The translations under genes were made by a program, and so were the position numbers. The notes beneath the pieces are model-generated. The model did no database searches, was not told the origin of the DNA, and worked only from the letters and a program-made list of their open reading frames with translations. This document shows positions 41,786 through 51,586 of a stretch of DNA of 64,000 nucleotides, piece by piece; the stretch's first letter is position 1, and the number at the start of each line of letters is the position of its first letter. This DNA comes from a virus, in IMG/VR virus record IMGVR_UViG_3300032304_001768, positions 1 to 64,000 of that record. One strand, written 5' to 3'.

Positions 41786-44317
41786 ATGAAATTGTTTAGC
41801 GAAAAGGTTAACAGCACCTTTACTAACTCTTCTTTTAACGTCTTACAGGTTGAAAACTTCTCGGAAATTTTCTTCGATGTTTATGAGATTGAGCTTAACA
41901 AGATCAAATATCCAGCTGAAAAGATCGATGAGCATGACGGTCATCCTGTGGTATCTGTTCCTGTAGTAATTGGTGAGCAGGAATATAAATATCCATTTGT
42001 CCTATTAAAAGGACCATTTGAGGTATTGTTCAATGAAAAGAACAATAGTGTAATTGAAATTCCAGAAGCTCCTGAACTTATCGAAGAATCTATCGAAGAA
42101 GTTGAAGATGTCGCGGAAACTACTAATTTTGAAGTTCAGCCGAATTATGATGATTTGCTTAGAGAAAATTCCAAAAAGGAAATTCTGAACCAAATTAAAA
42201 TAGCGAAACAACAAGCTGCTACAAAAATCAAAAAACTCAAAGAGTCTGCTCTTTCAGAAGCTACTTTTGATATCAAACTCAAGAAAAAAGAATTTGATAA
42301 GACTCTACAAGACGCAAAAGACACCCTTGTAAATGAGTTTGTTCAAATTTCCAACAGCATCAAATCTGAATTGTTAGACGTTAATAACGATAGATATTCA
42401 GAAATTAAGGATACAGTATCTGCAAAAATTGGTTTACTTGCTGAAAATCTTCAAAGAAATATAACTGAAGATTTTAAATCTGCTTCTAAATCATTCGACG
42501 CCAATATCAGAGCGTTGGTAATGGAATTGCATACATCATCGGTTTTGCCAAAATTGAAAGATGAGTTGACTGTTATCGCATCTGATGTTGTTGAAAAGGT
42601 TTCAAAAATTGAAGAATCTTTAAATGACAAGCTTTCGAACAAAGTTGACGTTTCCATGCTGGAGGGTGTCAACAATGAAATTAATGCAATTCAAATAGCT
42701 AATATTGAATTGAACAATAACATCAACAAAGGCGTTAATAAAGCGTTGTCGCGTCTTGGGAATGTCAATAACAAAATTGACGATGCGATTGTCGATTTGT
42801 CGGAAAGTGTTGATATTAAAATAAAATCAGCTACTGATAACATCACAAATTACTATTCTTCTAAAATAAAAGAATTAGAAGATCAAACATTTGAGATTAA
42901 TGAGAGTAGTAGGAGATATTTCATCGACTTGATTCAGGAATCTAAAAATAACCTGATTCAAGAAATTAGAAATATCAAAAAAGATGCTCCGATTGAATAT
43001 GTAATTGAATCCAAGGCAGGCAGAACTTCTAAGAGTTTTGATTCAATCACAAGCGAACTTGATAAAAAAATATCTGATAAAATTTCAGATGAAGTTATAC
43101 GTCTTCGTAAATACATATCGCTTTATTCGGGTGGTGGAACAGTTGCCCAGCAATTCGCCGCTGGTGGTATAATGAATGGAGATTTAACTGTTGTTGGTTC
43201 GATATCCGCTTCAAACTATCTCGGTTTGGTTGTCCCTAATCCAGATCTATCACAGTATCTACCAATATCAGGTGGAACCATCACAGGAAATTTAATTGTA
43301 AATAATACACTCTCAGCATACTCTCTGTCAGCTGATCGTATTTTCGCATCTCAGTTAGACGCACTATCTGCTAACATCACAGTCATTGACATCAAGCAAT
43401 ACGAATTATCTGGATTCAATGTAACTGGCAACTGCACAATTCAAGGTAGTGTTAGTTCAAACAATGCTGTGTATGGTTCTAATTTAGTTTATCTTGGTGG
43501 TAACGCAGCAGGATCTAACCTTATTATCGGAACCAATGATAGTTATAACTTAGCTCTTGAAACCGATGGTGTAAATAGAATGACCATTTTAAGTTCTGGT
43601 AACACTGGTATTGGGACATCTACACCAAATGAAAGACTGACAGTAGTTGGTAATATAAGTTCGAGTGGAGCTATGATTGCTTCAAATTATAACCCCGGAA
43701 CAAACGTTGCTGCATTTTTACAAACACCGACAAGTAATAATTTAAGAGCAGCATTATCGGATGAAACTGGAACTGGGGCAAATGTATTCGCTGATAATGC
43801 TACGCTGTCAAATCCAACAATCAATAATGCACTAACATTAAATGCTACAACATACACATACACAAGTGCAGCTGCTATTAGTCACCTAGCAGGACTCGGA
43901 ACTCGTAGAGCTAGACTATCTTCAGATTTGGTAGTTCCTACTGGTAATGTCACTGTTAATGCACTAACACTACCAGTAGTATCAGGCAAGACCTACAAAC
44001 TTCACCTCCATTTGTTTAACTCAGGCACTGCGGGTTGCACAGTAAATAGTCAAATCGTTTGTAGTTTTAACATTACTAATGCAAATTTATTTTATAGAAG
44101 ACCTGGTGTTGAGGGAACGAACACTGTGTTAGTAGCCTCCCCTTGGACTGGGTTCTCTTACTTTAACAATACAGGTGCCACCACTCAAGCTGCCATTATG
44201 GAGGGTTATTTTACTGCTGCTTCTAGTGGAAACTTTGGCTTTTCATTTGGATCAACAGGTGGGACGGGAGCTACTCTCTTTGCAAATAGTTTTGTTGAAC
44301 TAACAGAAATTTTTTAA
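41786..44317 (+). CDS. Putative fibre/structural protein: long coiled coil plus beta-rich fibre-like C-terminus
   Basis: Heptad-rich N-terminal half; 'YLPISGGTITGNL', 'GNTGIGTSTPNERLTVVGNIS' fibre-like motifs. Confidence 0.7.
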   Translation: MKLFSEKVNSTFTNSSFNVLQVENFSEIFFDVYEIELNKIKYPAEKIDEHDGHPVVSVPVVIGEQEYKYPFVLLKGPFEVLFNEKNNSVIEIPEAPELIEESIEEVEDVAETTNFEVQPNYDDLLRENSKKEILNQIKIAKQQAATKIKKLKESALSEATFDIKLKKKEFDKTLQDAKDTLVNEFVQISNSIKSELLDVNNDRYSEIKDTVSAKIGLLAENLQRNITEDFKSASKSFDANIRALVMELHTSSVLPKLKDELTVIASDVVEKVSKIEESLNDKLSNKVDVSMLEGVNNEINAIQIANIELNNNINKGVNKALSRLGNVNNKIDDAIVDLSESVDIKIKSATDNITNYYSSKIKELEDQTFEINESSRRYFIDLIQESKNNLIQEIRNIKKDAPIEYVIESKAGRTSKSFDSITSELDKKISDKISDEVIRLRKYISLYSGGGTVAQQFAAGGIMNGDLTVVGSISASNYLGLVVPNPDLSQYLPISGGTITGNLIVNNTLSAYSLSADRIFASQLDALSANITVIDIKQYELSGFNVTGNCTIQGSVSSNNAVYGSNLVYLGGNAAGSNLIIGTNDSYNLALETDGVNRMTILSSGNTGIGTSTPNERLTVVGNISSSGAMIASNYNPGTNVAAFLQTPTSNNLRAALSDETGTGANVFADNATLSNPTINNALTLNATTYTYTSAAAISHLAGLGTRRARLSSDLVVPTGNVTVNALTLPVVSGKTYKLHLHLFNSGTAGCTVNSQIVCSFNITNANLFYRRPGVEGTNTVLVASPWTGFSYFNNTGATTQAAIMEGYFTAASSGNFGFSFGSTGGTGATLFANSFVELTEIF

Positions 44318-44426
44318 TCTATGAATACACAACTAATAACCAAAGAATTTGAAAAGATATTACCTCACAAAGTAGTCGAGGTTGTAAGATAGACTGCTAT
44401 TCACCAAGAAATTCTATGCTAAAAAT

Positions 44427-44801
44427 ATGATCGAATCATTAACACCAACACAATACAATAGAGAGCTTGCTAAAATTCAAACTAAGGCAGCTCGTCATTA
44501 TGCAATCACACAGAACGAATGCTATCAAAAGTTCTGGAATCGTGATCCTCAAGTCATTCTTGATAGTATCAATAGCAACATACCTTTGACACTCGAACGA
44601 TTCGAAGGTAACACCGATTTGGGAATAGCCGTAAACAAGCAGTTAGAAAAGACTGATGTAGGTGAACGCTGCATAGTTACTATGCCGCAAGGCTATTCAT
44701 TCAATGGCTCGGTATTTGAGTATGCAGTTCCAGTCATTATTACAGAAGATATAGACATAACAGAAACTATCACAGTTCAGACGGATGATACTCTTTATTG
44801 A
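44427..44801 (+). CDS. Hypothetical protein (possible fibre chaperone)
   Basis: 124-aa ORF after the fibre-like gene; function inferred from position only. Confidence 0.6.
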   Translation: MIESLTPTQYNRELAKIQTKAARHYAITQNECYQKFWNRDPQVILDSINSNIPLTLERFEGNTDLGIAVNKQLEKTDVGERCIVTMPQGYSFNGSVFEYAVPVIITEDIDITETITVQTDDTLY

Positions 44802-44881
44802 ATTTTATCTACTGCTAGTAGATTGGTGTTAATTGACTATATTGGTTAGAGAAATGAATACAAGGCTAATTAAATAACTTT

Positions 44882-45196
44882 ATGGCATCAGACGCACAAT
44901 ACATTCCATATTTCAATAACAATATCTGTAAATCTTTCAGACAATCAATATCAACTTCTTTGGTAGCGTTATCTGCACAGGTTTGCTCGGAAGTTATAAT
45001 CTACAATAAGACTGGTGGGGATATTACAATTTATGATAATAACAACTTCTCAGTTCTTAATAGTTTGTTATTATCAAACAATGACAATGTTGTGATACGA
45101 GGAATTACAAATACCAATCAAGTAAGCGCATCTGCATCATCAGCAGGCGCAATGTATTACAGAACTCAATATTATTCTTATACTCCAAGTAGATAA
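44882..45196 (+). CDS. Small hypothetical structural protein
   Basis: TAAATA-N5-ATG; beta-rich composition. Confidence 0.7.
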   Translation: MASDAQYIPYFNNNICKSFRQSISTSLVALSAQVCSEVIIYNKTGGDITIYDNNNFSVLNSLLLSNNDNVVIRGITNTNQVSASASSAGAMYYRTQYYSYTPSR

Positions 45197-45235
45197 TATC
45201 AGTAGATTTAAAGCTTTACTTAGATAAATACAACT

Positions 45236-45904
45236 ATGGCATTAAAACTAAAACTAATCTCCGAGAATCCAGATCTGTTAGAAGATTTCGAAATTGTTGA
45301 AGAACAAGACAATCTAAAGGCTGGTAACTCCTTGTATGTTAAAGGTCCGTTTATTGGATGTAACCAAGTTAATAAAAATAAACGTTACTACGATCTTTTG
45401 GACACAAGAGACGAGGTTAACAGATACATTCAAGAGATGGTTCTTCCCGGTAGAGCAATGGGTGAATTAAATCACCCGTCTAGTGCTGATGTCAATCTTG
45501 AAAGAGCATGTCACTTGGTTACTGAACTCAAGGAAGTTGACAATGCATTTTATGGAAAAGCTAAAGTTCTCACAACTCCAATGGGTCAAATCCTTAGAGC
45601 TTTGATCAACGATGGTGTTAAGGTTGGTATGTCAACTCGCGCTTTAGGTTCTTTGCAAGAAGAATCTTCATACAGCAGAGTTAAGAATATGCGTTTGGTT
45701 GCAGTTGATGCAGTTGCCGATCCATCTTTCCCAAAAGCTTTTGTTAATGGTATTCTTGAAAGCAAGACTTATGTGCTTGAACAAGATGGTTCATTTGAAG
45801 AAGTTTACGAAAACTTCCAAGCTTCCATATCTAAATTACCTAAAAAGGATATGGATGGTTATCTCAAGGAACAAATTTTGAAATTTATTAACGCCTTGAA
45901 TTAA
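45236..45904 (+). CDS. Prohead protease, gp21-like
   Basis: 'NKNKRYY', 'GELNHP', 'TPMG', 'GMSTRALGS', 'DAVADPS'. Confidence 0.96.
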   Translation: MALKLKLISENPDLLEDFEIVEEQDNLKAGNSLYVKGPFIGCNQVNKNKRYYDLLDTRDEVNRYIQEMVLPGRAMGELNHPSSADVNLERACHLVTELKEVDNAFYGKAKVLTTPMGQILRALINDGVKVGMSTRALGSLQEESSYSRVKNMRLVAVDAVADPSFPKAFVNGILESKTYVLEQDGSFEEVYENFQASISKLPKKDMDGYLKEQILKFINALN

Positions 45905-45912
45905 ATAAACTT

Positions 45913-46431
45913 ATGCCACTCAAAAAAGGAAAAGACCAAGAAACTATCTCTTCTAATATTGGGGAATTGATGAACACTTACGAGAAAAAAGGTAAGATCG
46001 GAACTTCAAAGCCCAAGAATAAGAAGAAAGCTGCTGAACAAGCAGCCGCAATTGCATACAGCAAAGCTGGAAAAAGCAAGAACTCTAAGAAAAAGAAGCC
46101 AGAAGAGGATAACGAATCCGTTGCCAAGAAAATGAAAAAAGGTAATGGTAAAGCTACATTCAAAGTCAAGGCTGCTAAAACCAGAAAGAAATCCGCTCCA
46201 CCTACACAGGTTCATCGTAAGAAAAAAGGCAAAGGAAGCTATAATCGCAAAACTTCCGTTGAACAATTAAACAATGACAAAGGTGTTTTCAGTGAAAATC
46301 AAGAAATTTCTCTGTTTATTAAATGTATTTTGGAGAAAAAATACAACGATGCGAATAAATATTTAACAGGTATTCTTAACGCCAAGATGCAAGCTCGCAT
46401 CGAGGACGAACTTAACACCCCTTTATTCTAA
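45913..46431 (+). CDS. Basic prohead-core-region protein with ArfA-like motif
   Basis: Between gp21 and gp22; 'MPLKKG...ISSNI.EL...QAAAIAY'; 'KKKGKGSYNRK'. Confidence 0.7.
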   Translation: MPLKKGKDQETISSNIGELMNTYEKKGKIGTSKPKNKKKAAEQAAAIAYSKAGKSKNSKKKKPEEDNESVAKKMKKGNGKATFKVKAAKTRKKSAPPTQVHRKKKGKGSYNRKTSVEQLNNDKGVFSENQEISLFIKCILEKKYNDANKYLTGILNAKMQARIEDELNTPLF

Positions 46432-46434
46432 ACT

Positions 46435-47310
46435 ATGAAAATTAAAGATTTACTCAACGAAGATGTTGTAAAGATCATGAGCGAAGATACGCTAGTGGCC
46501 ATTCAGGAAGCTTTCGATAAGAAAGTTGAATTGACAACCGAAGCAGCCCTCGTTGCACAAGATGAACTTTATGCCGAGAAGTTAGATCAACTTATCAAGA
46601 CGATTGATAGAGACCACAGTGTCAAAATGAAGCGTATTGTAGGTGCTATCGATCAAGACAGAACTCAAAAGCTCTTGAAGGTTGTTAAGAAGTATGAAAC
46701 CGCTCTTAATGAAGGAAGCCAAGGAACAGTTGCCCACGTTGTAGGTGCAGTTAGTTCATATCTTGATTCTTTCTTGGAAGAAAGCTTCTCCAGAGAAGAT
46801 TTCTCCAAGGCAGTTAAGAACACCTCTGCTATGAACGTTCTTGAAAGACTTCGCAACACACTCGCTGTTGACAGCGTGATGATGAAGGAATCCGTTCAAG
46901 AAGCAGTTCTTGATGGCAAGGGTAAGATTGATAATCTTCAGAGCGAAAACGTTCAACTTAAAAAGCAATTGAAAGTTCTCGAAGAAAACTTCAACACTGT
47001 TCGTGTCAACGCTCTCATCGAAGAAAAGATTTCTAAGATGTCTGATGACAAGAAGAGCTTCGTTCGTAAGACCCTCAAGGATAAGTCATTCGATTTCATC
47101 TCAGAGAATTTCGACTATGTTTCCCGTCTCTTTGACAAAAAGGAGAAGGAAAAGATCAAAAGCATCACAGAAGACGCGAAAAAGCGTAAGATTGATGTAG
47201 ATTTTATTCCAGAACAACAAAAAGTTGTAACGGAAAGCATAAATAATAACAACGACGATGCATATGATCCATATGTTTCCGAGTTGGATAAAGTTTTCGG
47301 AAAACGATAA
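46435..47310 (+). CDS. Prohead scaffolding protein, gp22-like
   Basis: Coiled-coil, Glu-rich, directly upstream of the major capsid gene. Confidence 0.85.
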   Translation: MKIKDLLNEDVVKIMSEDTLVAIQEAFDKKVELTTEAALVAQDELYAEKLDQLIKTIDRDHSVKMKRIVGAIDQDRTQKLLKVVKKYETALNEGSQGTVAHVVGAVSSYLDSFLEESFSREDFSKAVKNTSAMNVLERLRNTLAVDSVMMKESVQEAVLDGKGKIDNLQSENVQLKKQLKVLEENFNTVRVNALIEEKISKMSDDKKSFVRKTLKDKSFDFISENFDYVSRLFDKKEKEKIKSITEDAKKRKIDVDFIPEQQKVVTESINNNNDDAYDPYVSELDKVFGKR

Positions 47311-47376
47311 ATTTTTTCACCAAGAGTCATGAGGTCGCAAGACCTGAATATATAGAAACAGAGAATACGTCAAAAT

Positions 47377-48843
47377 ATGAAACCAAACTCACAAGTTAAT
47401 GAAAGCAGAACTGATGCACTCGTAAGAAAGTGGTCTAAGGTCTTGGATTACTCCTCAAAGGGAGTTGCTCCAATCCGTGATGAACACACTTACAGAACAA
47501 CAGCTATGCTTCTTGAAAACCAAGAGCAATGGTGTATCCAAGAATCCAATGCAGCAGCTACTGGCGGTGTTTTCGGTGCTTTGCAACCTACTGGCACTCC
47601 CGGTATTGCTAACTCCGACAGCTACGCAACAGGCGATGCTAGACTTCCTAAGATCCTCATTCCTATGATTCGACGCACTTTCCCTGAGTTGATTTCCAAC
47701 GAACTTGTTGGTGTTCAGCCTATGGGTGGACCAGTTGGTCTTGCTTTCGCCCTTCGTTATGCTTATCAAGCAGATACCCTTAGTGATTTCGGTGTCGATG
47801 GTAAGAACACTGAGGGTGGAACAGGAACCCGCATTAAAACACTCAATCCACAATTAAGTGGTGCAGGCGGTCTACCATATTCCGAACTTGGTTATCAACT
47901 TCTTGATACACGTTTCACCGGAGCTTCTTCCGCATTTCTTTCTGGCAATACAGACGCTGGTTGGACATTCGCTGATCAGGACCGTGGTGTTGCTGAACTT
48001 CTCGCTAATTACGAACTGACAGGTAAAATCCCTCAGATCGAAATGAAGTTTGAGAAGACTGCTGTTGAAGCAGGAACTCGTAGACTTGCTACCCGCTGGT
48101 CTGTCGAGCTTGAGCAAGACCTTAAGAACATGCAAGGTATCGATATCGATGGAGAACTTACGAACGCAATGTCGTATGAAATCCAAGCCGAAATCGACCG
48201 TGAAGTTGTGATGCGTATGATTCAATCCGCCATGAATGGTGGAGCAGGTGCTGGTTACTCCATTTGGAGCCCAGTTAGTGCCGATGGTCGTTGGACTGCG
48301 GAGCGTAACATCACTTTCTATCAGAAGCTACTTATCGAGTCCGGTCGTATGGCCGCTCGTAACCGCCGTGGAGCCGCTAACTTTGTTATCGCAACTCCTC
48401 GCGTTTGCACTATCCTTGAAATGCTTCCAGACTTCAAAACATTTGAAATCGCTGGAACTGTTGCAACAGGTGGTGTTGGTGTAGCTAAGGTAGGAACTGT
48501 TGGAAATCGCTTCACCGTTTATCGTGACACCAGAACAGAAGTTCAGAACTCCTCTTACTACAACCCAAATTACTATTCAGGCAGATCCCCATCTACTGTT
48601 GAGTATGCGTTGCTTGGTTACAAGGGTGCTGAATACTATGATACTGGTATCATCTACTGTCCTTACATCCCGATCATGGTTCAAAGAACTATTGGTCCAA
48701 ATGATTTCGCCCCTCGCGTTGGTCTCATGACCCGCTATGGTATCGTGAACAATATCTTTGGAGCAAATCTTTATTACCACTTGATCCTTGTCAAGAACCT
48801 TGGTGATGCGTTTACGCCCGGAACAGTTAGCACATATTTATAA
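47377..48843 (+). CDS. Major capsid protein, gp23-like
   Basis: 'LLENQ', 'GVQPMGGPVGLAFALR', 'ELEQDLKNMQGID', 'EIDRE', 'YCPYIP', 'TRYG'. Confidence 0.98.
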   Translation: MKPNSQVNESRTDALVRKWSKVLDYSSKGVAPIRDEHTYRTTAMLLENQEQWCIQESNAAATGGVFGALQPTGTPGIANSDSYATGDARLPKILIPMIRRTFPELISNELVGVQPMGGPVGLAFALRYAYQADTLSDFGVDGKNTEGGTGTRIKTLNPQLSGAGGLPYSELGYQLLDTRFTGASSAFLSGNTDAGWTFADQDRGVAELLANYELTGKIPQIEMKFEKTAVEAGTRRLATRWSVELEQDLKNMQGIDIDGELTNAMSYEIQAEIDREVVMRMIQSAMNGGAGAGYSIWSPVSADGRWTAERNITFYQKLLIESGRMAARNRRGAANFVIATPRVCTILEMLPDFKTFEIAGTVATGGVGVAKVGTVGNRFTVYRDTRTEVQNSSYYNPNYYSGRSPSTVEYALLGYKGAEYYDTGIIYCPYIPIMVQRTIGPNDFAPRVGLMTRYGIVNNIFGANLYYHLILVKNLGDAFTPGTVSTYL

Positions 48844-48893
48844 TTCGTTATAAATACGCGACTTACCGAAGTAAATCGACAAAGAATCAAACC

Positions 48894-48932
48894 GAAGCCA
48901 GAGGAACCGAAGATCCTCTGGCTTCTTCTTTT
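48894..48932 (+). terminator. Rho-independent terminator after the capsid gene
   Basis: GAAGCCAGAGGA/TCCTCTGGCTTC stem followed by TTCTTTT. Confidence 0.85.
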
Positions 48933-48981
48933 AATAAATTGAATTAGTTGACATTGGACCGACAGTGCGTTAAATATATAC

Positions 48982-50424
48982 ATGCCATCGAAATTGACAA
49001 CCGCTGATGTAATCAAAAGATTTAAATTTATTCATGGTGACAAGTATGATTATTGTAATTTTGAATATGGCGGAACTAAACTGATAAAAGGAACTGTTAT
49101 ATGTAAATTGCATGGAGATTTTAATATCAGCAGAATGCATCATGAAAGAGGTATTGGATGTCCAACATGTGCAAATGTCCCAATAGGTGGACATAAAAAG
49201 AAAACCAAAACTGAATTTCTTAATCAATTAGAATTATCTATTTTAAAAAGCTACGATTTTTCTAAATTTGAATATATAAATAATCACACAAAAGGCATTG
49301 TCATATGCAATTTACATGGGGAATTTTTAAAAAGTCCTAAAAAACTCTTATTAAATCAAGGATGCCCCAAATGTAGTGGTAAACATAAATCATCAGCTTT
49401 TTCTTTACAAGAGCAATTACCACAATATGATTTATCTAAATTTGAATATGTAAATAATAAAACATCCAGTATTGTATCATGTCCTATTCATGGCGATTGG
49501 ACAGCAAGACCGGATAATCTATTGTTTGGAAAAACGAGATGTCCATCATGCGCAGGCACCGTATCAAAAATAGAAGAAGAACTTAGAGAATATATAATGT
49601 CCCTTGGCGTAGAATGCCAATACAATGATAAATCTATAATCCCATCTAAATTAGAATTGGATATTTACATACCAACACATTCTCTCGCAATAGAACTCAA
49701 TGGGTTATATTTTCATTCTGAACTATCTGGGAATAAATCAAAATTTTATCATTTAAACAAAACAGAAGAATGCGAAAAATTAGGAATACAATTATTGCAT
49801 ATTTTTGAAGATGAATGGAGAGATAAAAAAAATATCTGGAAAAGTGTGATACGCCAAAAACTAAAAATGACACCTGTGCGAATTTTTGCTAGAAAATGCG
49901 CAATACGCGAAGTCTCATTAGCAGAGGCTTCTAAATTTCTCAATGAGAATCATTTGCAGGGATACGGAGTTTCTAAAAATAGATATGGTTTGTATTACAA
50001 TGATGAATTGGTTTCTATTTTGACTATTTGTAAAAGTAGATTTGATAAATCTATTGATTATGAAATATCAAGATTTGCTAATAAGCTAAATCATATCGTA
50101 GTTGGTGGATTTAGTAAATTATTAACTTATTTTATCAGAAATTTACATCCCACTACTATTGTGACTTATGCCGACAGAAGGATTTCTACTGGTGATGTAT
50201 ATAGAAAATTTGGAATGGTTGAATATCCAACAACCGCCCCCAATTACACATATTTTAAAAAACAATCACCTAAGCGATTCTCGCGAATGGAATTTCAAAA
50301 ACATAAATTGTCTAAAAAACTTTCAATCTTCGATTCCAATAAGACAGAATGGGATAATATGATTGCTAATGGATATGATCGTATATGGGATTGTGGAAAT
50401 AGAAAATTTGTTTGGCGATCATAA
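48982..50424 (+). CDS. Hef-like homing endonuclease (zinc-ribbon repeats plus PD-(D/E)xK domain)
   Basis: Three 'C..HG.F/W...CP.C' repeats; 'ELDIYIP...AIELNGLYFHS', 'IFEDEW', 'YADRR', 'IWDCG'. Confidence 0.85.
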   Translation: MPSKLTTADVIKRFKFIHGDKYDYCNFEYGGTKLIKGTVICKLHGDFNISRMHHERGIGCPTCANVPIGGHKKKTKTEFLNQLELSILKSYDFSKFEYINNHTKGIVICNLHGEFLKSPKKLLLNQGCPKCSGKHKSSAFSLQEQLPQYDLSKFEYVNNKTSSIVSCPIHGDWTARPDNLLFGKTRCPSCAGTVSKIEEELREYIMSLGVECQYNDKSIIPSKLELDIYIPTHSLAIELNGLYFHSELSGNKSKFYHLNKTEECEKLGIQLLHIFEDEWRDKKNIWKSVIRQKLKMTPVRIFARKCAIREVSLAEASKFLNENHLQGYGVSKNRYGLYYNDELVSILTICKSRFDKSIDYEISRFANKLNHIVVGGFSKLLTYFIRNLHPTTIVTYADRRISTGDVYRKFGMVEYPTTAPNYTYFKKQSPKRFSRMEFQKHKLSKKLSIFDSNKTEWDNMIANGYDRIWDCGNRKFVWRS

Positions 50425-50460
50425 ATGTATTTTTGTATGAATAAATAACTAAATAAGAAT

Positions 50461-50835
50461 ATGGCACTTTACTCATTTACATCAGCCCTACTATCCTCAT
50501 CTGCATCTAACCCTGCTCCAATAAATGCTTCACTATCTGCAAACGGAGTGAATGTTATTTCATTATCCGCTCCTGTTGATGCTATCGTATTCAATCCAGT
50601 AAGCACTCTTAATTCAAGATTAAGCAGCTGCACAATCAACGGTTGTGTATTTGCCATTGATACTGCATACAGCGGTTCTGTAATGGCATTGGCAGACGTT
50701 CCATCAAGAACATATACTGTATTCACATACAACTCTGCATTCGCTACTGTTCCATTGTCCGCTGTTGCATACGCTTCAACCACAGAAGTTTCTACTAGCG
50801 ATCAACGTAGATTGCGTCTATTAGGTTACTGTTGA
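50461..50835 (+). CDS. Small Ser/Ala-rich putative virion protein
   Basis: TAAATA-N5-ATG; structural-module context. Confidence 0.7.
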   Translation: MALYSFTSALLSSSASNPAPINASLSANGVNVISLSAPVDAIVFNPVSTLNSRLSSCTINGCVFAIDTAYSGSVMALADVPSRTYTVFTYNSAFATVPLSAVAYASTTEVSTSDQRRLRLLGYC

Positions 50836-50849
50836 TCTAAATATTCTTG

Positions 50850-51569
50850 ATGTTTATCCGAGGATCAGGAAGCGGTCAAGAATTTAAACGAAATGATCAA
50901 TCATTTTACAGGGGGATCGTTGTCAAGAACAACGATCCTCTTCGTTTAAACAGAGTTAAAGTTTATATTTCAGAAATATCAAATCAGCCATATGATGAAT
51001 GGTTTGAAGCTTATGATGAAATCAATGTAAAAACACCGGGCGTCAACAATATCGGAGACAACTGGATGGATACTGCTGTGTTTGAGGAAATTACAAATAC
51101 AATTCCTTGGGCAGAACCATGCTTTCCATTGTTTGGAGAAGGAGGTGGCAGTCGATATTTCAAAGATGAAAAGATCGCAACCATTTCAGATTCTAATTAT
51201 GTGGAGGGTTTTAATGTATTAGATACAAAGCCACCTACATTAGAAACAGGAGGATTTGCTCCTGCATTTCTTTATGAAAATACGGATACCGCTGTGAATG
51301 ATTCATTTAGTGATCCGATTGGAAACCTCACAGCTGAATGCAATCCATATAGTTATGCATACAAACCTTCTAAGCATGTCAACAAAGCGAAGGGCATGTT
51401 CTCAATTCCAGAAGTTGGAACAAAGGTTTGGGTATTTCATTGGCAAGGTGATTTGAATTATCCAGTATATTTTGGAATCATGCACGATTCAAGAGAGTTG
51501 TCATTGATAAACAATACAGATAATACAATAAAATCAAGTCCGACATATCCAGTTGATTTTGAAAATTAA
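50850..51569 (+). CDS. Baseplate hub gp5/VgrG N-terminal OB-fold protein
   Basis: 'YRGIVVKNNDPLRLNRVKV', 'PWA', 'PEVGTKVWVF..GD..YP'. Confidence 0.88.
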   Translation: MFIRGSGSGQEFKRNDQSFYRGIVVKNNDPLRLNRVKVYISEISNQPYDEWFEAYDEINVKTPGVNNIGDNWMDTAVFEEITNTIPWAEPCFPLFGEGGGSRYFKDEKIATISDSNYVEGFNVLDTKPPTLETGGFAPAFLYENTDTAVNDSFSDPIGNLTAECNPYSYAYKPSKHVNKAKGMFSIPEVGTKVWVFHWQGDLNYPVYFGIMHDSRELSLINNTDNTIKSSPTYPVDFEN

Positions 51570-51586
51570 CATCTAAATACTTTTTA

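Noticed and set aside
48982-50424. Group I intron around the endonuclease after the capsid gene
   Set aside because: The capsid gene is complete and followed by a terminator, and the endonuclease has its own promoter, so it is free-standing.
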